A stretch of 64,000 nucleotides of DNA from an uncultured Verrucomicrobiae bacterium (GCA_963769025.1 CAVYKI010000010.1:192001-256000); one strand, 5' to 3'; positions 41,203 to 52,148 are shown, numbered from the stretch's first letter. The notes: a model not told the origin generated them from the letters alone. Program-made: numbers and translations.

Positions 41203-42992
41203 GCGCGGCGTGCGAGCGTGCTCACCGCCCGCTCCAGTTCGGGCAGCAGCGCGCGCGGCTCCATCTCACCGGCATCGGCGGGCGAGTAATTCACGGCGTC
41301 GGCGGAATCGAAAACCTTGCGCGCCGCGGCGGACGCACCGGCGTCATTCCCCAAAAGACGCAACACATCCTCCCGCGTGAGACTGTCCGCGGAGGCGGTG
41401 TCGAGCGGCGACGCAGCCTCACGCAGCGCACCCGCACTGGCGCGAAGGAACTCCCCACGGTCGCCCTTTCGCGCTGCGGCCCTCGCCCGGCCAAGCGCGC
41501 GACGCGCCGCGGCATGCGCACGGCGGCGCCGGAGGATTTGCGGATTTGCCGCGAGGTAATCGCGACGGCGACGCCATGCCCAGAGCACGAGCAGGAGCAC
41601 CGGCGGCGCGAGTCCGATAACCAGCACCCAACGTTCGCGAAATGGCGGGCCGGGTGAATGCGTCCAGCGGCCCGGTTTTTCCTCGAGGCCCGTCATCGCG
41701 GGCTCGACCGTCCGCGGAGGCTCCTCCGCACGAGACACCTCGTTATTCATCGGCGCAGCCGGAGCGGCCTCGGGCGCCACGCTCGACGGCTTCACATGGA
41801 TCGGCAGCGGCGGGATGGTGATATCCACGAAGGCGCGGCGCTCGGGGTCAAAGTAGCTGAATGGCAGCACCGGCGTGGACTTCAGCCCGGCGCGGCCCGG
41901 GATGAGCGTGTAGGTGAAAGTCTTCGAGCCCCGCGCGGTGTTGTGGTCCTCAGGGTCCGCCTGGTATTCGCTCGTCGGCTTGTAAATCTGCCAGCCGTCG
42001 GCGCTCTCCAGCTCCGGCGCGACGACACCCTCGAGATTCCCCTCCCCTGCCATCGCCAACGTCAGCGTCACCGGCTCGCCGACCTCGACCTCTGTGGCCG
42101 AGAGCTTCGGTTGTGCGACGGTGAATTTTCCGATCGCTCCGGTGAATCCCGGCAGCCGTCCGGTGCGCGGCAGCGCGAGCACGCGGACCCGTGCCGGCTT
42201 TGAATCAATCGTGCTCTGCACCCCGCCCAGCCCGCGCTGGCCCGGAAGTTCGAATTTCTGCACGCGCACCACGATCTGGCATCCCAGCTCCACCTCGCCT
42301 TCCAGGATCGGCGTGATGCGGATCGGCATCACCAGCCCCTCCATTTGCTTTCCGCGGAAAATGAACTGCTCGCGTGTCGTCCGCATCGAGGGACGGAACA
42401 CGGCCGCGCCGGTCGTCTTCGCCACGTGCGAGACGAATTGCGGCGACTCGTCCTGCGTCTCGATCACGAGCAGCCGTCCGCCGATGGATTCGCCGACAAA
42501 AAAGTCACGCTGCGGCAGATCCATTTCCACGCGCACCGGCTGGTAGCGCGCCTCCCCGGGCTCGGGTTCCACGACGGTCAGCACCGCGGGCGGCACTCGG
42601 ACACGCCTGCCGGCGACGGCGACTTCAAACGCCGGCATCGTGAGTCTCCCGGCCCGCTGACCGACGACGCTGTACGTGAACGTCGAGGTGATCGCCGGCG
42701 CACCATTCAGAATCACGGTGCTGATCGTGCCTCCGGCAAATGCCACGTCGAGGCCCGCCGGCGCCGGCGGCTCCGGTGCCTCAAGCGGCTTCTGCGAAGC
42801 GGTGATCGTCACACGATAAACCGCCGGCCGGCCGACATGCGCCGATTCCGGCTCGAATCGCGCACTCGCAGCCGGCTCCACGTTCCCTTCACCCGGCAAA
42901 TCCCCGGGGAAGGGTGCCTGGGAAAATGCCGGCGGCACCCCGCCGCACAATGCGAGCACGATTGCAACCGCCGCGAAAAGTCGGGATCGCAT
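41199..42992 (-). CDS. batD: BatD family protein
   Basis: Signal peptide, Ig-like repeats, FTGAIGKF, GEGNL, FSYFDP and a C-terminal TM. Confidence 0.85.
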   Translation of the reverse strand: MRSRLFAAVAIVLALCGGVPPAFSQAPFPGDLPGEGNVEPAASARFEPESAHVGRPAVYRVTITASQKPLEAPEPPAPAGLDVAFAGGTISTVILNGAPAITSTFTYSVVGQRAGRLTMPAFEVAVAGRRVRVPPAVLTVVEPEPGEARYQPVRVEMDLPQRDFFVGESIGGRLLVIETQDESPQFVSHVAKTTGAAVFRPSMRTTREQFIFRGKQMEGLVMPIRITPILEGEVELGCQIVVRVQKFELPGQRGLGGVQSTIDSKPARVRVLALPRTGRLPGFTGAIGKFTVAQPKLSATEVEVGEPVTLTLAMAGEGNLEGVVAPELESADGWQIYKPTSEYQADPEDHNTARGSKTFTYTLIPGRAGLKSTPVLPFSYFDPERRAFVDITIPPLPIHVKPSSVAPEAAPAAPMNNEVSRAEEPPRTVEPAMTGLEEKPGRWTHSPGPPFRERWVLVIGLAPPVLLLVLWAWRRRRDYLAANPQILRRRRAHAAARRALGRARAAARKGDRGEFLRASAGALREAASPLDTASADSLTREDVLRLLGNDAGASAAARKVFDSADAVNYSPADAGEMEPRALLPELERAVSTLARRA

Positions 42993-42994
42993 GC

Positions 42995-43897
42995 TCACCA
43001 GTCCCTGCCCTTCCGCTGCATCGGCTTGCGCTGCTCCTCGGTCGGCTGAAAGCCCTCGCCCTCCTGCTTCGTGCCGAGGGACATCGTACGCCGTTTCATC
43101 GTCTCCTTCAGCCACCGCGCCATGTCGGGCGAGACCTCGCGGTCGCTGCCGATCCGCTGCTGCTGCTTCTCCCCCACTTGCGGCTCCTTTTCCTCCTCCT
43201 CGTCATCGTCCTCCTCATCGTCGCTCTCGCGCTGCATCTCCTTCGGAATCTTCCCGCGCATCTTTTTCATCAGCTCCTTAATCCTCTCCCGTTCCTGCGC
43301 GACATCCTCGCTCTGCTGCTCGACCTGCTTCTTGAATTTCAGCAGCTCCTCGATCTTCCTCTCCACGAAATCCGCATTCACCTTCGCGTCGCTGTTCGAG
43401 GTGTCCATCTCCAGCGCACTTTGAAAGTCGCCGACGGACCTCCTCCAACGCTCCAGCGCTGCGCCGATGAGACCGAGCGTGCGGCTCGTCTCATCCCGGG
43501 AAAAACGCAGATCCTTCCGCGCAGCGCGCGCATCCATGTAGGCAGCGATGATCTCCTTGAGCTCGTCGCTCTCCAGCGCACGGCTGCCATTCCGGATCGC
43601 CTCCTCCGCGACCGCGACGGCCGCCGCGGATGAATCGAGCAGCTGCTCCCGCTTGCCCTCGCCCTTCAGCGTCTCCTCGCCCTGCCGAAAGCGCACATGG
43701 CCGAGGTTGTAGAGCGCGAGCGGCTGCACGCTTTCCACATTCGACCCGGCGGATCTGCGCAGCGCCATCTCCGCCTCCCGAAGTTCGCCCTGGGCGAGCT
43801 TGCCGACGCCCTCGTTATAAAGCTCCCGCGCGCCCGGCTGGGAGGCCAATGCCGGGGCGGCGAAGAGCAGCAGCGTGGCGAAATGTCGGAGGTTCAT
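42995..43897 (-). CDS. batC: BatC-like TPR protein with an acidic C-terminal region
   Basis: YNEG...ALYNLGHVRF TPR, DAKVN, an acidic/Gln tract and terminal KGRDW. Confidence 0.7.
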   Translation of the reverse strand: MNLRHFATLLLFAAPALASQPGARELYNEGVGKLAQGELREAEMALRRSAGSNVESVQPLALYNLGHVRFRQGEETLKGEGKREQLLDSSAAAVAVAEEAIRNGSRALESDELKEIIAAYMDARAARKDLRFSRDETSRTLGLIGAALERWRRSVGDFQSALEMDTSNSDAKVNADFVERKIEELLKFKKQVEQQSEDVAQERERIKELMKKMRGKIPKEMQRESDDEEDDDEEEEKEPQVGEKQQQRIGSDREVSPDMARWLKETMKRRTMSLGTKQEGEGFQPTEEQRKPMQRKGRDW

Positions 43898-44949
43898 GCG
43901 GTTTGCGCCGCCGGGCGGCGGCTATCGGCAAGCGTCGCCTTTCGGCGGCGCGTGCGGAGCAGAGATTCGCCGACGAGCAGGAAAATGGCAACTGCAAGCG
44001 GCCAGCGATAGCGATCGATTCCGAGCCGCTTTCGGAAAACCGCCGCCGGCTTCGACTGCGGATCCTTCAGCGCGCTGGCGACGTCGGCGAGACCGCCCGC
44101 GATTGTTTCGAGCCGCCGGTAGGTGCCGCCGGTCGTCTCGGCGATGGTCTTGAGCGTCGTCTCGTCGAGCCGGCTGGTGACCTGCTGCCCTTTCTCATCG
44201 CGCAGCGGCTCGAGTTCGCCGCCTTTGCCCTGCACTTGGATGATGCCGCCATTCGGCGTCCCGACGCCCGTGGCGAACACCACCACGCCGTCCTTCGCGA
44301 GCTTCTTCGCAGCGTCGATGCCCGAGCGCTCCAGGTCTTCGCCGTCGGTCACGAGCACGAGGATTTTCCTCCGCTCGGCTTTGTCGAATGCGCGGCTCCC
44401 GGCGAAAAGCGCGCTCGCGATGTCCGTGCCCGGCACGAGCACCGACTCGGTATCGAGATCCCGGATTGCCTCCTCGAATGCGTCGTAGTCGAGCGTGAGC
44501 GGGCACTGGAGAAAGGCGTCGCCCGCAAATGCCACGAGCCCGACGCGCCCACCCGCATGCCGGCGAAGGAAATCGAGCACGGTCATCTTCGCGCGATCAA
44601 GGCGGCTGGGCGTGACATCGTTGGCGAGCATGGATTTCGAACAATCGATCAGGAACACCACATCGTCGCCCTTCCGATCCACGCGTTCCTCCATCTCGCC
44701 CCACTGCGGGCGCGCGAGAGCGACCCCGAGGAGCAGCAGCGCGAGGAAAAGCATCGTGTTCTTCACCACGCGCATCGCCGGGCTGTGGGAAGCCAGCAGT
44801 GCCGCGCGACGCTCAGGGTCCGCAAACTCGGCGAGCTGGCGCCTGCGCGCCTTTGCCGAAATCCAGAACAGCGCGGCCGTGAGCCCCAGCGCGGCCGCAG
44901 TGAACCACAGCCAATGCGGCGCGGCAAATTGGAGCGTGTGCGTCGTCAT
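43894..44949 (-). CDS. batB: BatB-like VWA domain protein
   Basis: LARPQWG, MIDAS DCSKSM, PSRLDRAK, CPLTLDY, VTDGED and SRLDETTL. Confidence 0.85.
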   Translation of the reverse strand: MTTHTLQFAAPHWLWFTAAALGLTAALFWISAKARRRQLAEFADPERRAALLASHSPAMRVVKNTMLFLALLLLGVALARPQWGEMEERVDRKGDDVVFLIDCSKSMLANDVTPSRLDRAKMTVLDFLRRHAGGRVGLVAFAGDAFLQCPLTLDYDAFEEAIRDLDTESVLVPGTDIASALFAGSRAFDKAERRKILVLVTDGEDLERSGIDAAKKLAKDGVVVFATGVGTPNGGIIQVQGKGGELEPLRDEKGQQVTSRLDETTLKTIAETTGGTYRRLETIAGGLADVASALKDPQSKPAAVFRKRLGIDRYRWPLAVAIFLLVGESLLRTRRRKATLADSRRPAAQTA

Positions 44950-45992
44950 GGGATTCGCCGGAAACGGGTGTTCGCGAGGAACAGCTCCAGCAGGAGCATC
45001 GCGAGCGCGCCGAGCAGCGGGATGTAAAACAACGGCGTGAACGTGCGGTGGCGTTTCAGCTTCACATCGGTCTTTTCCACCCGGTCGATGTCGGCGTACA
45101 CCGTGTCGAGCTCCTGCCGGTTCGTCGCGGTGTAGCTCTTGCCACCGGTCATCTTGGACATCTTTTCGAGCACCACGTAGTTCGCCGGCTGCAGCATCGT
45201 GATCGTTCCCGTCGGCTGCCCATCAAAGCCGAGTCGCAGCTTGCCGGTTTCGCGATCGAAGTCATGCAGCACGCAGCTCTCGTTCTTTCCGATGCCGATC
45301 GTGTAGACCCGCACGCCCTCGCCCGCGGCCAGGCTCGCGGAGGCGATGGGCTCGAGCGTCTCCCACTTGTTGTTGTCGCCATCGGTCAGCAGCACGACGA
45401 GTTTGCCGCGGCTCTGCTTTTGCGCGGCGAGGCGCTTCACCGCGAGGCCGGTGGCGTCGCCGATGGCCGTGCCGAGCTGATTGATCACGCCGATGTAAAG
45501 CCGGTCGAGGTTTCGCTGGAGCCACTCGTGATTCAGCGTCGGCGGACTCACGAGATACGGCACGCCGCTGAACACGATGAGCCCGATGCGATCCGACGGA
45601 CGCCGCGCGACAAAATCCTTCAGCACGCTCTGCGCGATGTCGAACCGCGTCGTCAGCTTCCCCGGCGGCGCCATGTCGAGCGCCATCATGCTCCACGACA
45701 GGTCGAACACGAGCATGATGTCCACGCCGCTCGCCTGCGTCTCGGTCTCCTCGTTCACCCAGCGCGGCCCGGCCATCGCCACGATCGCGAGCGCCACCGT
45801 GAGCAGCCGGAGAAAGACGAACAGCCGGCCCGCCATCGAACGCACGCGGCCGCCGATTTTCCGCACGAGCTCCGCGCTCGAAAATCCGAGCGCGCCATCC
45901 GTCCCGGTCCGTCCGCGGACGAACGCGTAGAGCGGCAGCAGCGCGAGGAAAAACAGCACCCACGGATGCTGGAACTCGAACCCCTCGCTCAT
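44946..45992 (-). CDS. batA: BatA-like VWA domain protein
   Basis: FQHPWVL N-terminus, MIDAS DLSWSM, DRIGLIVF, GTAIGD, LLTDGDNN and VYTIGIG. Confidence 0.85.
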   Translation of the reverse strand: MSEGFEFQHPWVLFFLALLPLYAFVRGRTGTDGALGFSSAELVRKIGGRVRSMAGRLFVFLRLLTVALAIVAMAGPRWVNEETETQASGVDIMLVFDLSWSMMALDMAPPGKLTTRFDIAQSVLKDFVARRPSDRIGLIVFSGVPYLVSPPTLNHEWLQRNLDRLYIGVINQLGTAIGDATGLAVKRLAAQKQSRGKLVVLLTDGDNNKWETLEPIASASLAAGEGVRVYTIGIGKNESCVLHDFDRETGKLRLGFDGQPTGTITMLQPANYVVLEKMSKMTGGKSYTATNRQELDTVYADIDRVEKTDVKLKRHRTFTPLFYIPLLGALAMLLLELFLANTRFRRIP

Positions 45993-46552
45993 ACCGTGCG
46001 CGCCACCGAAGCACGGGCGCCCTCCAGTTGATCAAGCAGCGATGTGGCGGCGCCGAGCAGCGCGTGACCCTCCATGGGTTCCGCGGTCGGCGCGAATTTC
46101 GCGCGATCGCAGTCCGAGAGAAAATGCCACGCGGCGTTGACGAGGTCGGAGGGACACGATCGGCGCGTCGCGAGCCCGCTCACGACTTCCTCGGAAGTCA
46201 GCCCGTTTCCATCGAGCCCGAACGCATCCACCGCATAGCGCCGCACGATCGCCGACACGGCCAGCGGAGTTGCCTTCGAAGGCTCGGCGCCCAGCGCATC
46301 GAGTTCCCGCTGAGCGATCGCGTGCGCGTCCGGCGGAGGCGCAGGCGGTTTGCGGCGCGGCCAGCACAGCCACGCGAGGACCAGCCCGGCAGCCACGCCG
46401 GCCAGCATCCATTTTTGGCGGTTGCGCTCAATGGTCGGAGCCGGGAGTTCCGGGCGCGGCGGGCGAAGGTCCGACATCGGCTCGGCCTTGATCGCACCCA
46501 GCGCCGTGAGCGGCGCAAGTGAGAGGGCGGCTGCGAGGACGGCGCGTTTCAT
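45989..46552 (-). CDS. Hypothetical membrane protein of MoxR/Bat operons (DUF4381-like)
   Basis: TM helix, P..IA..EL, LTSEE and CDRAKFA motifs; sits between DUF58 and batA with 4-nt overlaps. Confidence 0.7.
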   Translation of the reverse strand: MKRAVLAAALSLAPLTALGAIKAEPMSDLRPPRPELPAPTIERNRQKWMLAGVAAGLVLAWLCWPRRKPPAPPPDAHAIAQRELDALGAEPSKATPLAVSAIVRRYAVDAFGLDGNGLTSEEVVSGLATRRSCPSDLVNAAWHFLSDCDRAKFAPTAEPMEGHALLGAATSLLDQLEGARASVARTV

Positions 46553-47448
46553 CGGCGGCGGCGGTGTTCGAAGAAGCGCTGCAGCATCGCCGCGTGGTCA
46601 TCCCCCGCGCCGAGCCGGATGATGTCCACGCCGGACTGCATCAGCGCGCGGTCGAGCTTCTCCTGCATCTCCACCGCACCCGCGGCGAAGGCATCGCGCA
46701 CCGACTCGCGCGTCGAATCCACCTCGAGCACCTCGCCCGTCTCCAAGTCCTCGACCATGAGCAGACCGGATTCCGGAAGCGCGCGCTCCCGCGCATCCTG
46801 CAACTGGAGGCATACGAGATCGTGCCGCGCATTCGTGCGCCCGACTTCCTGGAAGATGTCGCGGTGTCCTTCGCCCTCGCCGAAGCTGTGGAGGAAATCA
46901 GTGATCAGAAACACGATCGAGCGCCGGTGGACGACGTGGTTGAGGAACGAGAGCGCCGCCTGGATGCTCGTGCCCCTGCGCCGCGGACGATGCACCAGCG
47001 CCTCGCGGATCACGCGCAGCAGATGCCGCCGCCCTTTCCGCGGCGGGAGAAAAAGCTCCACCTCGTCGCTGAACAGCAGCAGCCCGACCTTGTCGCCATT
47101 CCGCATCGCGGAAAATGCGAGCGTCCCCGCGACTTCGGTCGCAAATTCGCGCTTCGTCCGTTCCGAAGATCCGAAATCGCCCGACGCCGAAATATCCAGC
47201 ACGAGCACGACGGACAGCTCCCGTTCCTCGCGGTGCAGCTTCACGAATGGCCGGCGCATGCGCGCCGTCACGTTCCAGTCGATCGCCCGCACATCATCGC
47301 CGGGCACGTATTCGCGCAGCTCCTCGAAATCCATCCCGCGCCCTTTGAACTGCGAGTGATACGCGCCAACCATCAGGTCGTTCGCGAGCTTGCTCGTCCG
47401 AAGTTCGACACGGCGGACGCGTGCGAGGATGTCGCTGGAGGTGATCAT
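46549..47448 (-). CDS. DUF58 domain protein
   Basis: GAYHSQFKGRGMDFEELREYVPGDDVRAIDWNVTAR and EEREL. Confidence 0.92.
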   Translation of the reverse strand: MITSSDILARVRRVELRTSKLANDLMVGAYHSQFKGRGMDFEELREYVPGDDVRAIDWNVTARMRRPFVKLHREERELSVVLVLDISASGDFGSSERTKREFATEVAGTLAFSAMRNGDKVGLLLFSDEVELFLPPRKGRRHLLRVIREALVHRPRRRGTSIQAALSFLNHVVHRRSIVFLITDFLHSFGEGEGHRDIFQEVGRTNARHDLVCLQLQDARERALPESGLLMVEDLETGEVLEVDSTRESVRDAFAAGAVEMQEKLDRALMQSGVDIIRLGAGDDHAAMLQRFFEHRRRR

Positions 47449-47514
47449 TTCTCAGCTGCCGCGCCAATGGGGTTTGCCGAGGTGCAACGGTGCCCACCAA
47501 CCCGGCTGCGGGCG

Positions 47515-48507
47515 CTACGGCACGGGGACATTGTCGAAGATCCGCTTCACGATTCCGTCGCCGGTCATGCCCTGCGCCTCGGCTTCGTAGGTGAGGATGA
47601 TGCGGTGGCGGAGCACGTCGGCGCCGATGGCCTTCACGTCGCCGGGCGTCACGTAGCTGCGGCCCTGCAGGAGCGCCCATGCCTTTGCGGCGAGGGTGAG
47701 ATTGATCGTCGCGCGCGGGCTCGCGCCGAACTGGATCAGCGGGCGCAGGTCGGCGAGCTGGTATTTCTGCGGGTCGCGCGAGGAAAAGACGACATGCACG
47801 ATGTAGTCGCGCACCTTTTCGTCCACGTGGATGCTGTCCACGACTTTGCGCGTGGCGAGGATGTCGCTGAGTTCGATGACCCGCTCCACGTCGAGATTCG
47901 GCTTCGTGAATGCCATCGTGTCGAGGATGCGCCGCTCCTCCTCGAAAGTCGGGTAGCCCACGAGCACCTTCAACATGAAGCGGTCCACCTGCGCCTCGGG
48001 CAGCGGGTAGGTGCCTTCCTGGTCGATCGGATTTTCCGTCGCGAGCACGAGGAAGGGCACGGGCAGCGCGTCCGCCTTTCCGCCGAGCGTGACCTGCCGC
48101 TCCTGCATCGCCTCGAGCAGCGCGCTCTGCACTTTCGCGGGCGCGCGGTTGATTTCGTCGGCGAGGACGATGTTGGCAAAAACGGGGCCGCGCGTGACGT
48201 GATACTGCCCGTCGCCGGGATTGTAGATGAGCGTGCCGATGATGTCCGCCGGCAGCAGATCGGGCGTGAACTGCACCCGGCTGAACGTGGCGTGAATCGC
48301 CGACGCGAGCGTGCGCACCGCGAGCGTCTTGGCGAGGCCGGGAACGCCTTCGAGCAGCACGTGGCCGTTCGCGAGCAGGCCGACGAGGAGGCGGTCGATC
48401 AGGTATTGCTGGCCGACGACGACCTTGCCGACGACTTCGCGCAGGCGGTTGACCCATGCCGTGGCGTTGCGGACGCTGGCGTTCAGTTCATCGAGGGATT
48501 CGCTCAT
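47515..48507 (-). CDS. moxR: MoxR family AAA+ ATPase
   Basis: EGVPGLAKT, QFTPDLLPADI, DEINRAPAKVQSALLEAMQE, EGTYPLPEAQVDRF and GASPRA. Confidence 0.95.
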   Translation of the reverse strand: MSESLDELNASVRNATAWVNRLREVVGKVVVGQQYLIDRLLVGLLANGHVLLEGVPGLAKTLAVRTLASAIHATFSRVQFTPDLLPADIIGTLIYNPGDGQYHVTRGPVFANIVLADEINRAPAKVQSALLEAMQERQVTLGGKADALPVPFLVLATENPIDQEGTYPLPEAQVDRFMLKVLVGYPTFEEERRILDTMAFTKPNLDVERVIELSDILATRKVVDSIHVDEKVRDYIVHVVFSSRDPQKYQLADLRPLIQFGASPRATINLTLAAKAWALLQGRSYVTPGDVKAIGADVLRHRIILTYEAEAQGMTGDGIVKRIFDNVPVP

Positions 48508-48607
48508 AGTGGGAAAAGTCGCGCCCGTGCGATGGGCGGCGTAAAGACAGCGGAAAGCGCACTTTCGGCAAGAAGAGAAACGTCAGTGCCGCCGCGAGCG
48601 CGCACCT

Positions 48608-49306
48608 TCACGAGCGCTTGTAGTGCAGGCTCAGGGTGTGGAACGCCTGCCCGCTGTCGTCCACCGCGAGGCGGAAATAGATCAGCTCCACGGCGGTGTT
48701 GTTGCGGTTCCATTTGTAGCCCACGAGCGTCTGCGTCGCCTTGCCGTCCGGCGTGGGCGTGCTGGAACGCACGAGCTGGTGGCCGGGTCCGTAGAGACGC
48801 TCGAGCATCTGGCGTTTTTCCGAAAGGCACGCGCCGTATTTCTCCTCATCCCAGCCGTCCTGCTCGTATTGCAACTCCACCTCCACGAGCTGCCCGCCCG
48901 TGAGCATGTCGCGCACCTTGCCGTTCGCGCCCTTTTCCTTGGAAATCGTGCCGCCCTCGAAATGGAAGAGCACGCGGCGAAGCTCGGGCGGCTTCGGGGC
49001 GGCCGGGTCGGAAGGATTCGGCTTTTTGAATCCGCCCGCCGTCACGATCCACTGCCGGTCCAGCCTCCGACGCTCGTTGATGGAAAGCTTCGCCGTCTCG
49101 ATCTTCACCTCGAGCCGCTCCGAAGGCTCATGCCACATGAGGCTGAATGGCGGGTGAATCTCCCGCTCCTGCGGGGCCACCGCCGGGGCTGGCGTGGGCG
49201 TGGGCGTCGGTGTCGCCTTTTTCGGCTTTTGCGCCGACGCAGGCATCGCCACGGCCAGCATCAGGCCGGCAAGCATCCAGCGGTGAAGGTCGGTGGCAGT
49301 TCGCAT
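48608..49306 (-). CDS. Hypothetical exported protein
   Basis: Signal peptide (MLAGLMLAVAMPASAQ), PT-repeat linker and an alpha/beta mature domain. Confidence 0.7.
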   Translation of the reverse strand: MRTATDLHRWMLAGLMLAVAMPASAQKPKKATPTPTPTPAPAVAPQEREIHPPFSLMWHEPSERLEVKIETAKLSINERRRLDRQWIVTAGGFKKPNPSDPAAPKPPELRRVLFHFEGGTISKEKGANGKVRDMLTGGQLVEVELQYEQDGWDEEKYGACLSEKRQMLERLYGPGHQLVRSSTPTPDGKATQTLVGYKWNRNNTAVELIYFRLAVDDSGQAFHTLSLHYKRS

Positions 49307-49425
49307 CGTAATCAAGGTCGCCCGGCGCGCCGTCCCACTGCAATCCCAAACCCGTCCCCCGCAGGGCGAGAAGCAGCCGGCATGGCCCACTGCGCTTCAC
49401 CGGAGCCTCCCGGCACGCTGCGTCC

Positions 49426-51238
49426 CTATTTTCCGGCCCCGTACAGCGGCCAGAAAAGCGGGACCAGCACGAGCACCAGGATGGCCAGCGTCACCGTGAG
49501 CAGCGCGCCGACCTTTGCGAAGTCCCGGAACTTATATTTTCCCGGTCCGTACACGAGGATGCACGACGGCTCGAAGGGGGTGATGAAGGAGACCGACGCG
49601 GCGAGCATGATGGCGATGGCGAAGGTGCGCTCGTTTGCACCGAGGACGCGCGCCGTCTCCATCGCCACCGGCAGCACCACGAGTGCGGCGGCGGCGTTGG
49701 ACATCGGTTGCGTGAGGAGGATGGTCAGCACGAAGAAGCCGGCGAGGATCGCCATCACGCCCCATGGTTTGAGGACTGCGACGATCCATTGTGCGAGCAT
49801 GGTGTCGGCGCCGGTCTGGTCGATCGCCACGCCGAAGGCGGTCATGCCGCCGATCAGGATCAGCAGCCGCCAGTCGATGAACTGGTAGGCGCGCTCGATG
49901 GGGATGCAGCGGCAGAGGACCGCGAGGACCGCCGCCGCGAGGAGGCTCATTGAGACCGGGACGAGGCCCAGTCCGCCGAGCACCAGTGCGATGATGAAAA
50001 AACCGGCGGTGTAAATGCCCCTGCGCTTGGTCACGACGGCCGGAGGCAGCTCCGCCAGGACGGCCAGTTCGCGCTGGCGCTGCAGGGCTTCCAGGCGCGC
50101 CTTCGGTCCCTGCACCAGCAGGAGATCGCCGACCCGCAGCCGGACCGCCCCGATTCTCTTGCGAAGATTCTGCCCGCGCCGATGCACCGCGAGCACGGTC
50201 AGCCCGTGTTCCTGCCGGAAGTCGGCCTCGATGAGCGTGCGGCCGATCAGACTTCGACTGCGGCGATACGAGGACCTCGACGATGATTGCGTCCTCATCC
50301 ACCAACCCTGTGTCGCCGAGCTTCCAGTCCGGCTTGATCTCGATGCCTTCCGTGGCTTTCACCTTCAACAGTGTTTCGAGGTCCCCGGTGACAAGGAGCG
50401 TGTCGCCGTCCTCGATGGTCGAGCGGGCATCGGGCGAGAAGCTCTCCGCACCGCGCAGCACCTTGAGGATCCGGAAATCCATGGTCGCGAGATCCGAGCG
50501 GAAGAACTTTTGCCCGATGAGCGGAGAACCGGGGAGAATGACGATTTCGCTCAGGTATTCCCGGATCGCGTCGCCCTCCGCGAGGCTCTCGACCGGATGC
50601 GAAGGCAGGAGGCGTTTGCCGATGAGCATGATGTAGGCGATGCCCACGGCGAGGATGATGAGGCCGATGGGCGTGATTTCGAACATGCCGAGCGGCTTCA
50701 TCCCCGATCGCGCGATAAACCCGCTCACAGCCACATTCGTGGACGTGCCGATGAGCGTGCAAGTCCCTCCGAGGATCGAGGCAAAGGCCATCGGCAGGAG
50801 AAGTCTCGATGCGCTGACCTTGGCCTTCCTCGCCAGGCCCATGACCGGGCCGACGAGCATGGCGGTCACCGTGGTGTTGTTCATGAAAGCTGAGGTGCCG
50901 CCGACCCCGCCCATCAGCAGCAAAAGCAGACGGTTCTCCCCTCCCTTGGCCAGCTTCACGAGCCGGGCCCCGATGGCATCCACGACGCCCGTGTCCTGCA
51001 GTGCGCCGCTGAGCACGAAGATCGATGCGAGGATGATGATGATCTCGTCGCTGAATCCTTGGAACGCATCCGAGACCGAAAGCACGCCGGAACCCACCAG
51101 CGCGAGCAGCAGGATCAGCGTGATGATGTCCACCGAGATGATCTCGATGGCAAACAGCACGACCGCGACCACGAGCAGTCCGAGCACGAAGGGGATTTTC
51201 CAGTTATCAGGAAGGGCGAGAGCCAGCACAGCAGTCAT
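49426..51238 (-). CDS. SLC13/CitMHS-family permease with two TrkA-C domains, frameshift near 50255
   Basis: SAFMNNT, GGTCTLIGTSTNV, TrkA-C segments (GSPLIG; LIGRTL...GLTVLAVHR), MSNAAAA, SFITPFEP and GPGKYKFRDF. Confidence 0.9.
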
Positions 51239-51335
51239 TCGAAGCAGTCTTTCGTAGGCGGCATGCCGCCCGGATGGGCGGCATTAAAAAGGACGTCGTT
51301 GGAAATTCTCAGTCCCCCGAACCTGCGAGGGGGAG

Positions 51336-51418
51336 TGGGCAGAGATGGATTCGAACCATCGAAGGCGTAAGCCAGCGGATTTACAGTCCGCCCCGTTTGG
51401 CCACTTCGGTATCTACCC
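51336..51418 (-). tRNA. tRNA-Tyr (GTA), CCA not encoded
   Basis: GGGTAGA acceptor pairs with TCTGCCC-A; anticodon arm GCGGA-CTGTAAA-TCCGC; long variable arm; GGTTCGAATCC T-loop. Confidence 0.97.
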
Positions 51419-51503
51419 GTTTTCGGTGAGGGGTGCCGTGCTTATACGCGCGGCGCGTGCGGCGCAAGGGTTTCGCGGGGAAAATTCTCCGCGCACCGCG
51501 GCA

Positions 51504-52148
51504 TCAGAAAGGCCACAGGTGACGCAGGAGCGACTTTTTCTCCGGCGCGGCACCGGGCTTCGGAGCCGCAGGCGGCGCGGGAAGTTTTTCGCGGGGGATG
51601 ATGCTCACCTTCTTCAGGATGATGCGTTCGATCGGATAGTCGTTCGTGTCGGCGGAACGGTTCGAGATGGATTCGAGGACATTGAGGCCGCTGATCACGT
51701 TGCCGAAGACCGTGTATTTTCCGTCGAGCTGCGACTGCGGGGAAATGCAGACGTAGAACTGGCTGCCGTTCGAGCGGCGCTGCGGGTTCACCTTGTCGCC
51801 GATGCGCGCGGCGGCGACCGCGCCTTTCGTGTGCTTGCGGCGAATCTCCGGCGCCAGCGTGTAGCCGGGCCCGCTGGTGCCGACGGCGGTGCGGTCCTTC
51901 TTTTTGCTCAGCGGATCGCCGGTCTGCACGATGGCTCCCGGGATGGCGCGGTGAAAGGCGCAGCCGTTGTAGAATCCCTTCTTCGCGAGCTTCTTGAAAT
52001 TCGCGACCGTCGCGGGCGCGTCCGCTTCGTAAAACTCGATGGCCGCCTGCCGGGTCGTGCCGTCTTCGAAGCGGATATCGAGCAAGGCGACATCGTCGGC
52101 GCGCACGACGGCGCAGAGCGCGAGGAGGAGTAGGAGCGTTTTTTTCAT
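51504..52148 (-). CDS. Exported cyclophilin-type peptidyl-prolyl isomerase
   Basis: [28 protein letters not shown] and LDGKYTVFG. Confidence 0.93.
   Translation of the reverse strand: MKKTLLLLLALCAVVRADDVALLDIRFEDGTTRQAAIEFYEADAPATVANFKKLAKKGFYNGCAFHRAIPGAIVQTGDPLSKKKDRTAVGTSGPGYTLAPEIRRKHTKGAVAAARIGDKVNPQRRSNGSQFYVCISPQSQLDGKYTVFGNVISGLNVLESISNRSADTNDYPIERIILKKVSIIPREKLPAPPAAPKPGAAPEKKSLLRHLWPF

Noticed and set aside
48548..48570. GAAAGCGCACTTTC resembling the REP arms
   Set aside because: No GTAG, arms in a different order and only a short match; probably chance.
46519..48903. 794-aa plus-strand ORF
   Set aside because: Antisense shadow of DUF58 and moxR.
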